Source: Patellaria atrata CBS 101060 (Eukaryota). From it: a stretch of DNA of 64,000 bases. This document shows positions 53,570 through 64,000 of the stretch, in pieces. The notes beneath the pieces are model-generated. The model did not search any database. It saw only the letters and a program-made list of their open reading frames with translations, and was not told the DNA's origin. How positions within the stretch are numbered: the stretch's first letter is position 1; the number at the start of each line of letters is the position of its first letter. The DNA is taken from contig MU006096.1 in the NCBI GenBank assembly GCA_010093705.1, positions 1,262,004 through 1,326,003 on the forward strand. The letters run 5' to 3'. Both the position numbers and the translations under genes were made by a program.

Positions 53570-55100
53570 AGGTAAGGTAGGTAGTAGAAAATGCCTTGGG
53601 AGTTATCTTAGACGGGAGTATATAGCTATAGATAAGTTTATAGTATTATTATATCTCTACTACTCTCCCCTTTTCTACTCTACTCTCCCCTTTACTACTC
53701 TCCCCTTTACTCTCCCCTTTACTACTCTCCCCTTTACTACTCTTCCCTTTACTACTCTCCCCTTTACTATTCTTTCCTTTACTACTCTCTTCTCCGCTAC
53801 TCTCTTCTCCGCTACTCTCTTCTCCGCTACNNNNNNNNNNNNNNNNNNNNNNNNNNNNNNNNNNNNNNNNNNNNNNNNNNNNNNNNNNNNNNNNNNNNNN
53901 NNNNNNNNNNNNNNNNNNNNNNNNNNNNNNCTACTCTCTTCTCCGCTACTCTCTTCTCCGCTACTCTCTTCTCCGCTACCCTTCTTTCTACTACTCTCCC
54001 TTCCCTTACTCTCCCTTTCTATTATTTTCCCCTCTACTTCTCTCCTCTCCGCTACTCTTACTACTCTCCGCTACTCCCTACTAATCTTTACTACTCTCCG
54101 CTACTCTCCGCTACTCTTAGCTACTTTTCGTTATTCTCCTCTCTATTCTTCTCTTAGTTTTTCTAGTTTAAGGTAAGGTCTATATAGTAAGGATAGAGTA
54201 AGAGTAGAGGAGAGGAGAGGAGAGTAGAGGAGAGGAGAGTAGAGGAGAGGAAAGTAGAGAAGGAAAGAGTAGAGAAGGGTAGTATAAGGGTAGCGTAAGG
54301 GTAGCGTAAAGGTAGCATAAGGGTAGCGTGAGGGTAATATAAGGGTAGCGTAAAGGTAGTACTTTATCCTTTAACCTCTTCTACTCTACTCTATCCCTTA
54401 CTACCCTACTATCCTACTACCTTACTACCCTACTACCCCTATCTTACTACCCCTATCCCTAAGGGTAGTACTTTATCCTTTACCATCTTTATCATGAACT
54501 CGACGTGACTAGAGCGCGCTGGTGATCGAAGTCATGATATTATAGTATTGAGTGATCTCCTATCTACTGCTACTGGGGGTTTTTAATATACATGATACTA
54601 GTAGTAGCACCTGCCACTGCTGGGCTCCAGCGCCTACCTACTCTATGTACCTCTCTCTATCCTACTCGTGCCTTCTCGTGTCCCCTACTGGTCGTGATCG
54701 TGAAGGAGCTCTGGCGCCTACCTACTGACGAGGGTAAAGTAAGAGAAAGTAGAGTAGGAGAAAGTAGAGTAGGAGAAAGTAGAGTAGGAGAAAGTAGAGT
54801 AGGAGAAAGTAGAGTAAGAGAAAGTAGAGTAGGAGCGAGTAAAGTAGGAGAGGATAGTATAGAAGAGGAGAGTGTAGAAGGAGATAGAATACTTTACTAC
54901 CTTATTATTTACCTCACTACTCTCCTACTCTTATCTTACTACCCTCCTCCCCTTCTTGCCTCTCCTCCTCTTATACCCCCCCTACTCTTCCCCCGCTTCT
55001 ACTATCCTCCTACTCTTATCTTACTACCCTCCTACTATTCTTACTACCTTCCTACCCTCACATTACCGGCCCCCCCGGCTATCCCCATATCCACTCCCGC
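53570..55100. repeat. TpA-rich degenerate tandem-repeat block, possibly a RIP-eroded repeat or transposon relic
   Basis: Units CTACTCTCCCCTTTA and CTACTCTCTTCTCCG (15 nt, on both sides of the gap), AGGGTAGCGTA (11 nt, about 54287-54358), AGAGTAGGAGAAAGT (15 nt, about 54736-54835); duplicated GGTAGTACTTTATCCTTTA; visibly high TpA and low CpA/TpG. Confidence 0.8.
53831..53930. other. Assembly gap (100 N)
   Basis: Run of N flanked on both sides by the same 15-nt repeat unit. Confidence 0.99.
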
Positions 55101-55579
55101 TATACCAACCGACCATATCCCTCTCCAGTCCGAACAGTAAGGATCCAACAACCCATCCAGTTCTACTTTTACGAAGAGGGAAGTATAGGGCTGTTCTCAC
55201 ACTGGGACTCGGGTGTCTTTCTCTGGTGTATTTACTGTGTATTGCATGTAACAGGCTAGAGCCTAGTGGTATGAGCGCGCCCTGCATCCGAAGATCAGCC
55301 AGTAATATTTTCCTCAAACCTGCCTTCAGACTCTTCTCTTCTTCTTTATCTTGATTGTAGATAGCATCTGGACTAGATAGTTGGAACACAATTACTAGAG
55401 GCCGCTCACATTGCACTTCTATAGAAATAGCGTGGTTGTCTACGGGGCTCAGAGTGCGCGGGATAGCCGAAAACGTGGTGATATTTACGCTATCGGAGAA
55501 GTAAGGTTAGAGAGAAAAAAGTCGTGGTGGAATACGACGCAGAGTTGAAATAGAAAAGGAAGGGTGAGGAAGGGGGAAG

Positions 55580-56479
55580 NNNNNNNNNNNNNNNNNNNNN
55601 NNNNNNNNNNNNNNNNNNNNNNNNNNNNNNNNNNNNNNNNNNNNNNNNNNNNNNNNNNNNNNNNNNNNNNNNNNNNNNNNNNNNNNNNNNNNNNNNNNNN
55701 NNNNNNNNNNNNNNNNNNNNNNNNNNNNNNNNNNNNNNNNNNNNNNNNNNNNNNNNNNNNNNNNNNNNNNNNNNNNNNNNNNNNNNNNNNNNNNNNNNNN
55801 NNNNNNNNNNNNNNNNNNNNNNNNNNNNNNNNNNNNNNNNNNNNNNNNNNNNNNNNNNNNNNNNNNNNNNNNNNNNNNNNNNNNNNNNNNNNNNNNNNNN
55901 NNNNNNNNNNNNNNNNNNNNNNNNNNNNNNNNNNNNNNNNNNNNNNNNNNNNNNNNNNNNNNNNNNNNNNNNNNNNNNNNNNNNNNNNNNNNNNNNNNNN
56001 NNNNNNNNNNNNNNNNNNNNNNNNNNNNNNNNNNNNNNNNNNNNNNNNNNNNNNNNNNNNNNNNNNNNNNNNNNNNNNNNNNNNNNNNNNNNNNNNNNNN
56101 NNNNNNNNNNNNNNNNNNNNNNNNNNNNNNNNNNNNNNNNNNNNNNNNNNNNNNNNNNNNNNNNNNNNNNNNNNNNNNNNNNNNNNNNNNNNNNNNNNNN
56201 NNNNNNNNNNNNNNNNNNNNNNNNNNNNNNNNNNNNNNNNNNNNNNNNNNNNNNNNNNNNNNNNNNNNNNNNNNNNNNNNNNNNNNNNNNNNNNNNNNNN
56301 NNNNNNNNNNNNNNNNNNNNNNNNNNNNNNNNNNNNNNNNNNNNNNNNNNNNNNNNNNNNNNNNNNNNNNNNNNNNNNNNNNNNNNNNNNNNNNNNNNNN
56401 NNNNNNNNNNNNNNNNNNNNNNNNNNNNNNNNNNNNNNNNNNNNNNNNNNNNNNNNNNNNNNNNNNNNNNNNNNNNNNN
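55580..56479. other. Assembly gap (900 N)
   Basis: Run of N. Confidence 0.99.
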
Positions 56480-57663
56480 TGTTCAAGTATAATTCTTTGG
56501 CAGTTGGTGACTTGCCTAAACCACCCCCGAGAAAATGAGCATATATGCATGGCTGTATTGAGGCTCTGGCACCAACTTTTCTCGACTCCAGTCAGTACTA
56601 AGTTCCTGGGGAGAGGGGGAGGCAGAAGAAAAGAGGGGAAAGGAGGGTTTAAATAGAGCTCGATAAAGGTATAGTCATACGGAAAATCACCTGGCTATGC
56701 TTATCAATCAACTCTAAATGTCCAACATGACGTATTATCTCAGGTGGTTACAATGCAGCAGTCGTTACTCATAAGGATTGTGAAACGTAAGGTACGCCGG
56801 CTGGAAAGATCGAAAGGGGAAATGGGATTCTGTACAGGAAGGACAAATCGTACAACAGTAGTAAAGAAGTAAGAAAAGGGCAAAAGGTTCGAAGGTGGGT
56901 TAGACGGGATACTAAAAGCTGGGGGAAAGTGGATAGGAGAAGGAGTACGAAGAAGTCCTATACAGGGAAGGAGAGTGCCAATATCTAATTGGAGGGAAGA
57001 GTCGGAAGGCAAAGAAAAAAGGGGTAATCTATATATAATATAAACACCGAGCTTAGGGAGGGGAAATGATATTCAGAGAGGCAAAAACCGAGTCGGATAT
57101 ATAGGAAAAGGTAACCTGAGAAGGAGAAACAAGACCAAAATCACTTTTTTAGAGTGCACCGGAAAATACGGAAAGTTGATTGATTATCTACGCTATGCTA
57201 TGGTTTTCTATAGTACAATAAAGTTCGGCTTAATTCATTAGCTGTAAAGCTCCAGCTGAGGGTATCGATCTATGGGCATTACTCATCACCGACGTGCGCA
57301 TCGTAAGGGTCATAATGTACAGAATGCGCCAGAAAGGTCAAAGAGAAAAGACAAAAATGAGATGAAAAGAAAGAAATTGGGATAATGTACAGGTCGGGGA
57401 AGCATAAATACATTAGAGGGAGGACAAAAAGTGGGCAAAGGAGTAAGTATCATACAAGGAAAAAAGAAAAGGAGAAAAAGAAAGGCAATAAGCGTGCCAA
57501 ATGTGTACAAGGAAGGGGGGAGAAAAAAAATGAAAACGGGCGAAACCAGAACCAATATGCCAAAGCGCCAGGAAGATGCAGAAGACCAAAAACACGAAAC
57601 GTCCCAAAGCGCCCAAGCTATGCGGATTGTACGGAAACCGCTACTTAAACTAAGATACTGGTG

Positions 57664-60374
57664 CTATGCACCGTCTTTTGACTCTTTATGGAAGTAATCA
57701 AACTCCCCTTTAAACCCTCCATTTAGGAGGATGGCAGCCAACTGCCTTCTCCCCTCCCATGGCATACTCTTTGGATCAAAGGCAAGATCGTACCCTGCTA
57801 CCCGGCCGATTCCGTTGAAGCACGTAAATACTCCACAGTCACTCATATTTGCCTGTTGCCGGCTCTGTTTAACGACTTCAAACCAATCGCCCTCATCGTA
57901 CAAGGAACCCAGTTCCATCTTCAACCAATTGTGGATGTGTTTGAATGTCGTATCGCCGTCCAGATGCAGGGAACAAAGGAATTCGATGACCTTGGATTTG
58001 GGTGAGACGATTACCAACTGCCAATGGCCTCCAGGATTTAGAGGAATTAATATTTGCTCACATTGAAGCAGTTTCTCCTTGTCGATACGGGCACGTTTAG
58101 ACCAACGTGCGACCGCCTCCGGACCTCTCTTGGATACGGTGTTGTAGAAGTTGGTGTTAAAGGCATGGTAGGGTGGTACGGCCTTCGAGTCAGACTTGTT
58201 GTACCCTTCCCTTTCGTTGGCGGCGGTGACAAGCCGGTCGAACAACATGTTCACAATCTCATCGTTGAGCCAAGGTAGAGCGCCCGAACCCTGATTGCTG
58301 GGTACGAGCGTGGCAAAGTCCCTCCTCAGGAGTGTCGAGCCGGAACCGGTTGTGACTTCCGCATTCATGTTCGTTATGTCCATGACTGCATCGATCTTAT
58401 CTTCCCATGCTTCAGGAAGATCCTTGACAAGATCCGATACTCGATTTTCATACGCGATTGCCAGCTCATTGATCGCTTTGGTCGTTTCTTGCTCTTCCAA
58501 TTGCCTGGCAGCTTTCTCTGCCCGTTCTCGCGCCTCTTCTGCCGCCTTTAACTTTTGTTCTTCTTCCTCCTTGCATTTACGTGCTTCTTCTTTCTCTTGA
58601 AGTTTGCGTTCCGCATCTTTTTTGACTTTGCGCTCCTTCTCCTCTTCGGCCGCCTTTTCCTCCGCTTCTTTCCTCGCACGTTCTTCCTCTATGGCCTTGT
58701 CCTCCGCCGCATGTCTCGCGATCTCTGCATCTATAGCCTTGTTCTTCGCTATAAATGCTTCACTGGGTTCGAAGTCGAGTCGAGTCAAACCTTCGGTGAG
58801 CAGATCGGTGAGACTTTGGTTGATCTTCCTCTGTGCCTTCCTCTCGGCCTCTGAGAAGATTTTCCTCTTTGGCAACGGTGACTGTTCATTGAGCTTGTCA
58901 AAACGACGAGGTGGCGTCTGATCGACCATACTATTATCCAAGTCGTCCTCATTCACATTTCCATCATGACCAAGGCCTACGGTGGGACGAATTTTCTGGA
59001 ACTTTTCCGGAATTTGATTGATCGCCAATCCTGGACAGAAGAGCTTTTCTTTGGTAAGCCCGCTAAGGGCATGTTGATGTGGATATGGTTGACGAACACC
59101 GATAAAGTTGTCATTGAATGCGACGTTTTTCTTCACTTTCTGGGGTGGGGCATCGGGAAGTTCCGACATATCCTCACAGATTGGGTGCTCACAATCTGAA
59201 TCATCACAATCTGGATCATCACAAACTGGGCGCTCACGATCTGGGACCTTGGTTTCGAAGAGAAAATCTTTCGGAAAATTGAAGGCCCTTCTAAGCCGAG
59301 CCATTCTCTCTTCTCGTGACATCTTAGAACTATTCAGAGGCCATTCGGGATATTCCCGGGTTGCTGTTGGATTCGATTGTTGTGATTGAGGTGTGGGCGG
59401 AGTATATGAAGCGACAGCTTGAATTGACGGAGGTAGTGATTCACAATCTTGCATGATCATTTCAGAGAATGTGCGAGTTGGTTTTCGCATCTGACTTTGT
59501 GGCTGCGGTGCGATTCGAGCGCTTGGACCAACGGCTCGAAGCAGGTGTCGACCTTTCACTGGAAGCCCAGATTCGGGTTTGACTAACCCTTCTCTGATCA
59601 AGTCTTCATTTGTCAATCGACCTCTGTTCTCCTCCCGATATTTCGCGAATAGAGTGTCATATCTATCCATCCTGCTTTCATCACTTTCGTCTTCGCGCCA
59701 TCCAATATGTTGCTCTGATTGAGTCGAATGTTGTGCAGATTCTTTGATCTGACACGGAGTAGAGGTGAGGAATGATAGTGAGAATGGTGAAAATGGAGAG
59801 GAGAGTATGTTGAGGATAGGCGATGTGAATGAGGAGAGATTTAGTCCATTCGAATGAAAGAGACGTGAGTTTTGACGTGGAGTTCGAGGACCTTGGTTGA
59901 TGGTATCGTGATTGCCCGGTATGCTAAGCCAACCACCTGGCATACGCTTAAACCCATTCGTCCGGGCGTATGATTCTTGCATTTCTACGATCCGTCTCTT
60001 TCCCGTTGTAATATCCGTGATGTGACCGATGTGAATAGGCGTGAAGTAGCGTTGGGTAAATCGTCTAGGAATGTCCCCTAGGCTAGACGCCATCCAGCCA
60101 AGGATACGTAGGACTCCCTGGAGGGTGGGGAATTTGATCGAGGTTGTGAATGCGTACTTTAATACGGAAAAAGGTGTGGGTTCGACGGTGGGTTCGAACT
60201 GTTGTGGAAGTATTAACTAACGAACCTCAATGGTGGCAGGTGGGCAGGTAACAATACCTCCATAGGCGAATCTGATACATCAGGCATCAAGGTACCTCCA
60301 CCTGAGGTTTGCAACGCGAGATTGTTCAACGCGCCCGACATGAAAGGTGGACGGTTCAATGCGCCTGACATCAT
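57664..60374 (-). CDS. ULP1: Ulp1-like SUMO protease (peptidase C48); exons 60374-60258, 60198-57664
   Basis: C-terminal WLNDEIVN, FNTNFY, ARWSKR, PLNPGGHW, QQANMSDCGVF; central coiled coil. The ORF extends upstream of 60093 to a CAG acceptor; intron 60257-60199 joins exon MMSGALNRPPFMSGALNN.. The 5' end is less certain. Confidence 0.85.
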
Positions 60375-61903
60375 ACTGTCCTCTGCGGCATGTTGAGGGG
60401 AATGATGGTCCCGACTGTAAGTATTGAAGTTGCGTTTGACAGAGGACCATCTTGTTTGGAAAGGCTATTGGGTTATTTTGTAAGTCGTTGGTTACGTTCA
60501 GGGTTGCGCCAAAGAAGTTCACTTACAGTTGTCGGCTTGATTTCCGACTGCACTAGGAATATTTGCCGATTCAACGGCTTATGTGGATGCGCCTGCATTT
60601 TGCTCATAAACGACAATCAGGATGCAGATGCTTTGATGTAAGTGGAAAGATTACACCATGCAAGAAGGTGCTGCAGCGAGGTTGTTGTTGTTATTGTTTT
60701 GTTGATTTGCAAAAAGAGGCATGAAATGTGGAGAAGGAAAGAGCAAGAGTGAGAGAGAGCTTCAAGTGTAAGCTGCAAGCTTGGATGATCTGCGACTAGC
60801 TTCTCTCGCTTGAGGCTTGGCATAGCTGGCATATATCCACCACCGCCCACCCGTTTCCCTAACCTAAGGTACGATCCCCACGATCCCCCTACCGCGGCAC
60901 AGACCAAGACACTTTTACTGCAAGGCACCCGGCAACTTCTTGCACATCAAACGTGGACCTGGGAATACAAAACACGAAACACTTGAGCCTCATTCTCATC
61001 TACATGTACCGTACTACTAGATCAACCCTTATTAGCTTCCACATACTCCATACATTTCGCTATGTTCCCTTCTACCATAACTTATAGCAGAGAAGCATCA
61101 CCGCACTGAGAATTCCAACTAGTCAACACCATAATCAATACCATAAATTGCTCTCTGATGGATAATTGAATAATCGAACAAAGGGAGTTTACTGTTACAA
61201 AACCCCTAACAATAGCCTGCATCCATGGGAACGATCTGACATTATTATTGAGGTGACTGCGGGGTATCTTTTTATAACAGTAATCGATCATACCTTACGG
61301 TAATTCAGAACCTCCACTTAGTAACCTTACCCTGCAGTATTGAGCTGGTTTGGTACCGTACCGTATCCGATTAACTTTTCGTAAATTCAGGTCGCTGCGA
61401 TGAAGGTTCTATTTTGAGCTGTACATTTAGTGTCTAAGTACTTTGGATCGCTTCTATAAGAATATCAGTGTTGGAATTGTTATGGTGCAATTACTAAGGT
61501 ATTGTCCCACGTAATACTTGTATATTATCTTAAGTTGCATGGACGAGGGCTACTATTGTACCTTTTTATAGAACAATAGCTAGGAGACTAGGTTGCACCG
61601 GACCTGCTATGTATGGTCTTCTTATTGAAGCTGGCATCTAAAAGGGTACAATGAATACCCAACAGTCGGCTTTTTCGATCAAGGTTCAGGCTCAGATAAA
61701 AGCCAATCAAGCTGAAATCATACATTTGCTGCATCTTATAGAGTTAAGGGATAGAAACGCTTAGAAGAAAGAATACTACATTTGTACAGATTGCGACTTG
61801 GAAACATCCGCTCCTGTCTATTGAATTGGCCGCCGCATTCCATTACCCCCGTAACATAGCCCTATGAACACAACTGGTGCAAAAGAAACTTGCTAAGAGT
61901 AAT

Positions 61904-62870
61904 CTACCCAATGACCAGTTTGCCTTCCTCGGGGAAATCGTACTCCGGGACTTCCAAGTTCAAAGGAGCAGGACCTTTCCGTATGCGTCCGGAGATATCG
62001 TAATGTGAACCGTGGCACGGGCAGAACCAACCTCCAAAATCACCAGCTTCACCAATTGGTACACAACCTAAGTGTGTGCAGACACCTTGTAAAATTTTAG
62101 TAACTACCATAACACAGGTCGGGGGGGGGGGGGGGTTCGCGAATATCCAGAGGTGAAATTTGACATACCCAACATGATAAGCCACTCAGGTTGCTTCACG
62201 CGGTCAGAATCAGGTTCTGGATCTCTTAAAGCTTCCCATTTAGTATCTTCCGCCTCTTTGATCTCATCTTCAGTGCGGTGCCTGATGAAGACAGGTTTGC
62301 CACGCCATTTAACAATAATCTGAGTATATACATTAGCATCAGTACGGCAAATCGTACAATGACAATGCAACGACGCTTACGTTCTTGCCCTCAGGAATTG
62401 CTGAGAGATCGATTTCAACCTTGGCTTGAGCAAGAACATCCGCAGAAGCTGACATGTTGACAAGGAAATCTATATTAGTCATGTCAGCAAAAGAGCTTCT
62501 CAATACTTCGTTCCAACATCTCTACTGGGGACATCTAGCATATTCAATGGATGAATGCTATCCAAAGTTTCCACGTACCTTGGACGGTGTTCTTCGCTCC
62601 TAGTGCTGAAACCGCTCCCATCGTTCCTACTAAGAAGTATTGGAAGACTTTGCCACTGGCCTCACCACCCCTATGTTTGTATTTTGCGAAGCTTGGAATT
62701 TTGGTTGTATTCTGAGAGCTGCCGACACCCTTGAACGGGCTGTCAAAGGAGGATGAAGCGGTCGCATCAGCCAGCGATCGGGACTGGATGGCCATGCATC
62801 GTAGGGGGGCCAATTGAGCCCGGCTGCAGTTGCGGAGCAACGTGCCGGACTTAGAGGCGATGGCAGACAT
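61904..62870 (-). CDS. RIP1: Cytochrome bc1 Rieske iron-sulfur subunit, 237 aa; exons 62870-62579, 62469-62381, 62319-62169, 62085-61904
   Basis: Mitochondrial presequence, [46 protein letters not shown] and CPCHGSHYD Rieske boxes; three introns give 714 nt in frame. Confidence 0.97.
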
Positions 62871-62965
62871 ATTAAGGGAGGTTGTAGATGGTGATGGCGG
62901 AGGTATTGGTATGGTGTCGTCGATGAGGTTTTTCCGCCGATGTTGAAGTTGCGTTCGTTCTTGAC

Positions 62966-62985
62966 ATCGGACGAGCGCTGATTGG
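62966..62985 (-). promoter_or_regulatory. Bipartite CCAAT-binding complex/HapX-type site (CCAAT-N12-GAT)
   Basis: Minus strand reads CCAAT cagcgctcgtcc GAT, matching CSAAT-N12-RWT, about 100 bp upstream of the RIP1 ATG. Confidence 0.6.
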
Positions 62986-63296
62986 CTCGTCGGTAAGGAG
63001 CTCTGCCCTTTAGATATTTCTCACCAAAACGTCAGTCCCTCCCTCCTGTCATCCTTTGAATCCAGAATAGGACACCGTCTACCTCGCTACTTTAAGCTAT
63101 CAGCAGGCAGACGCGCCTCTTTTTCAACACTTAGCTTGAAGATGATTATTGGCTTCATTCAGCGAGGTTGCCAAGGCGCTTTGTCACCGCTGTTGAGGTT
63201 GTCATGCGAGCCCGGTTCGATGGGACAAACTCTTATATCATTGACAGACTACACTTGAGAGCTCAGTTTCGCAGAACACATACCCGCATTATTCCG

Positions 63297-64000
63297 ATGC
63301 CTAAACGGCCGCTGCCGGACGATATAAAGGAGACTGGCTCCACGAACCCTCCCCAGATTCGCACTGCAAGAATCAAGACGCATAAATCGACCGAGGATTT
63401 GAACTTAGACACGACTACGAAAAAGCAACAGACCCTTCATACCTTCTTCAAAGGGAAACAACGACAAAGCGACCTTGAGACCGCTAATGAGCCTACAATG
63501 ACACCTACTGCAACTATGGCAGCCAACAACACCTTCAACCCAAAAGCTGCTCAACCGTCGACGCTAACAACCAAGGCTACTAATTCTTCCTCCAAGGTTA
63601 TCATCGTTGAAAAGACCGGCGACATCTTTGATGCTCCACCCAATAGCGTGATCATCCACGCTTGTAATTGCAAGGGCCACTGGGGTGCAGGAATTGCCGC
63701 AGCGTTCAAGTCTCACTACCCAGAAGCTCATAAAATTCATGCCAGTTACTGCACCCATTGCCCTGACAAGCTTGCTCCTATTGGCACAGCGCAACTCATC
63801 CCTCCTGTTGATGGTGAGGCCAACAATATCAAACATTATGTCGGCTGTCTCTATACCAGCACGTACTATGGACGCAAAAAGGACTCACCTAGCAAGATAT
63901 TGGAAAACACCGGTCCAGCAATGGAACATTTATTGGAGTTGATTGAGAATGCGAAGCAAAAAGTCGAAGTTGGTGAGGTGAGGATGTGCAAGATCAACTC
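63297..64000 (+). CDS. POA1: POA1-like macrodomain ADP-ribose 1''-phosphate phosphatase, 3'-partial
   Basis: Open frame from ATG 63297 to the window end: ..EKTGDIFDAPPNSVIIHACNCKGHWGAGIAAAFKSHYP..GTAQLIPP..VGCLYTS..YGRKKDSPSKILENT..RMCKIN. Absent from the ORF track because no stop lies in the window. Confidence 0.85.
   Translation, partial: MPKRPLPDDIKETGSTNPPQIRTARIKTHKSTEDLNLDTTTKKQQTLHTFFKGKQRQSDLETANEPTMTPTATMAANNTFNPKAAQPSTLTTKATNSSSKVIIVEKTGDIFDAPPNSVIIHACNCKGHWGAGIAAAFKSHYPEAHKIHASYCTHCPDKLAPIGTAQLIPPVDGEANNIKHYVGCLYTSTYYGRKKDSPSKILENTGPAMEHLLELIENAKQKVEVGEVRMCKIN

Noticed and set aside
53650..54890. CRISPR-like or telomeric array; ORF 54592-55140 with VGESR repeats
   Set aside because: Units are contiguous without unique spacers, are not TTAGGG, and the ORF is simply the translation of a 15-nt minisatellite.
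55485..56550. Three ORFs longer than 300 aa
   Set aside because: Artefacts of translating through the 900-N gap.
56480..57660. Lys/Arg-rich and Phe/Leu-rich short ORFs
   Set aside because: Arise from purine-rich low-complexity sequence downstream of ULP1, probably 3'-UTR or intergenic.

Overview
Eukaryotic DNA from a filamentous ascomycete (Pezizomycotina; short GT-AG introns with CTAAY-type branch points). It is mostly a gene-dense housekeeping region: SVF1 (5'-partial), a DUF4188/Af470-like monooxygenase, NBP35, a YwbE/DUF2196 protein, an AA9 LPMO, MLH1, a PflX-like radical SAM protein, LEA1/U2A', a GNAT acetyltransferase, IDI1, cytoplasmic dynein heavy chain, an Ulp1-like SUMO protease, Rieske RIP1 and a POA1-like macrodomain gene (3'-partial). 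The ORF track misses a divergent histone H4 variant built from 9 small coding exons (1513-2465). Interspersed decayed accessory DNA includes a disrupted kinase-ankyrin gene, a degenerate HET-domain gene, a frameshifted F-box-like gene, and a TpA-rich tandem-repeat block with two assembly gaps near a small secreted 8-Cys protein gene. Most notable observations: the H4 variant, a recurrent orientation-independent C-rich to G-rich skew switch centred on GC-rich patches, a canonical PCNA PIP box in the macrodomain protein, a Cys in place of the catalytic-triad Asp of the SUMO protease, and a CCAAT-N12-GAT (CBC/HapX-type) site upstream of RIP1. All exon structures and family assignments were derived by eye; no database searches were run.
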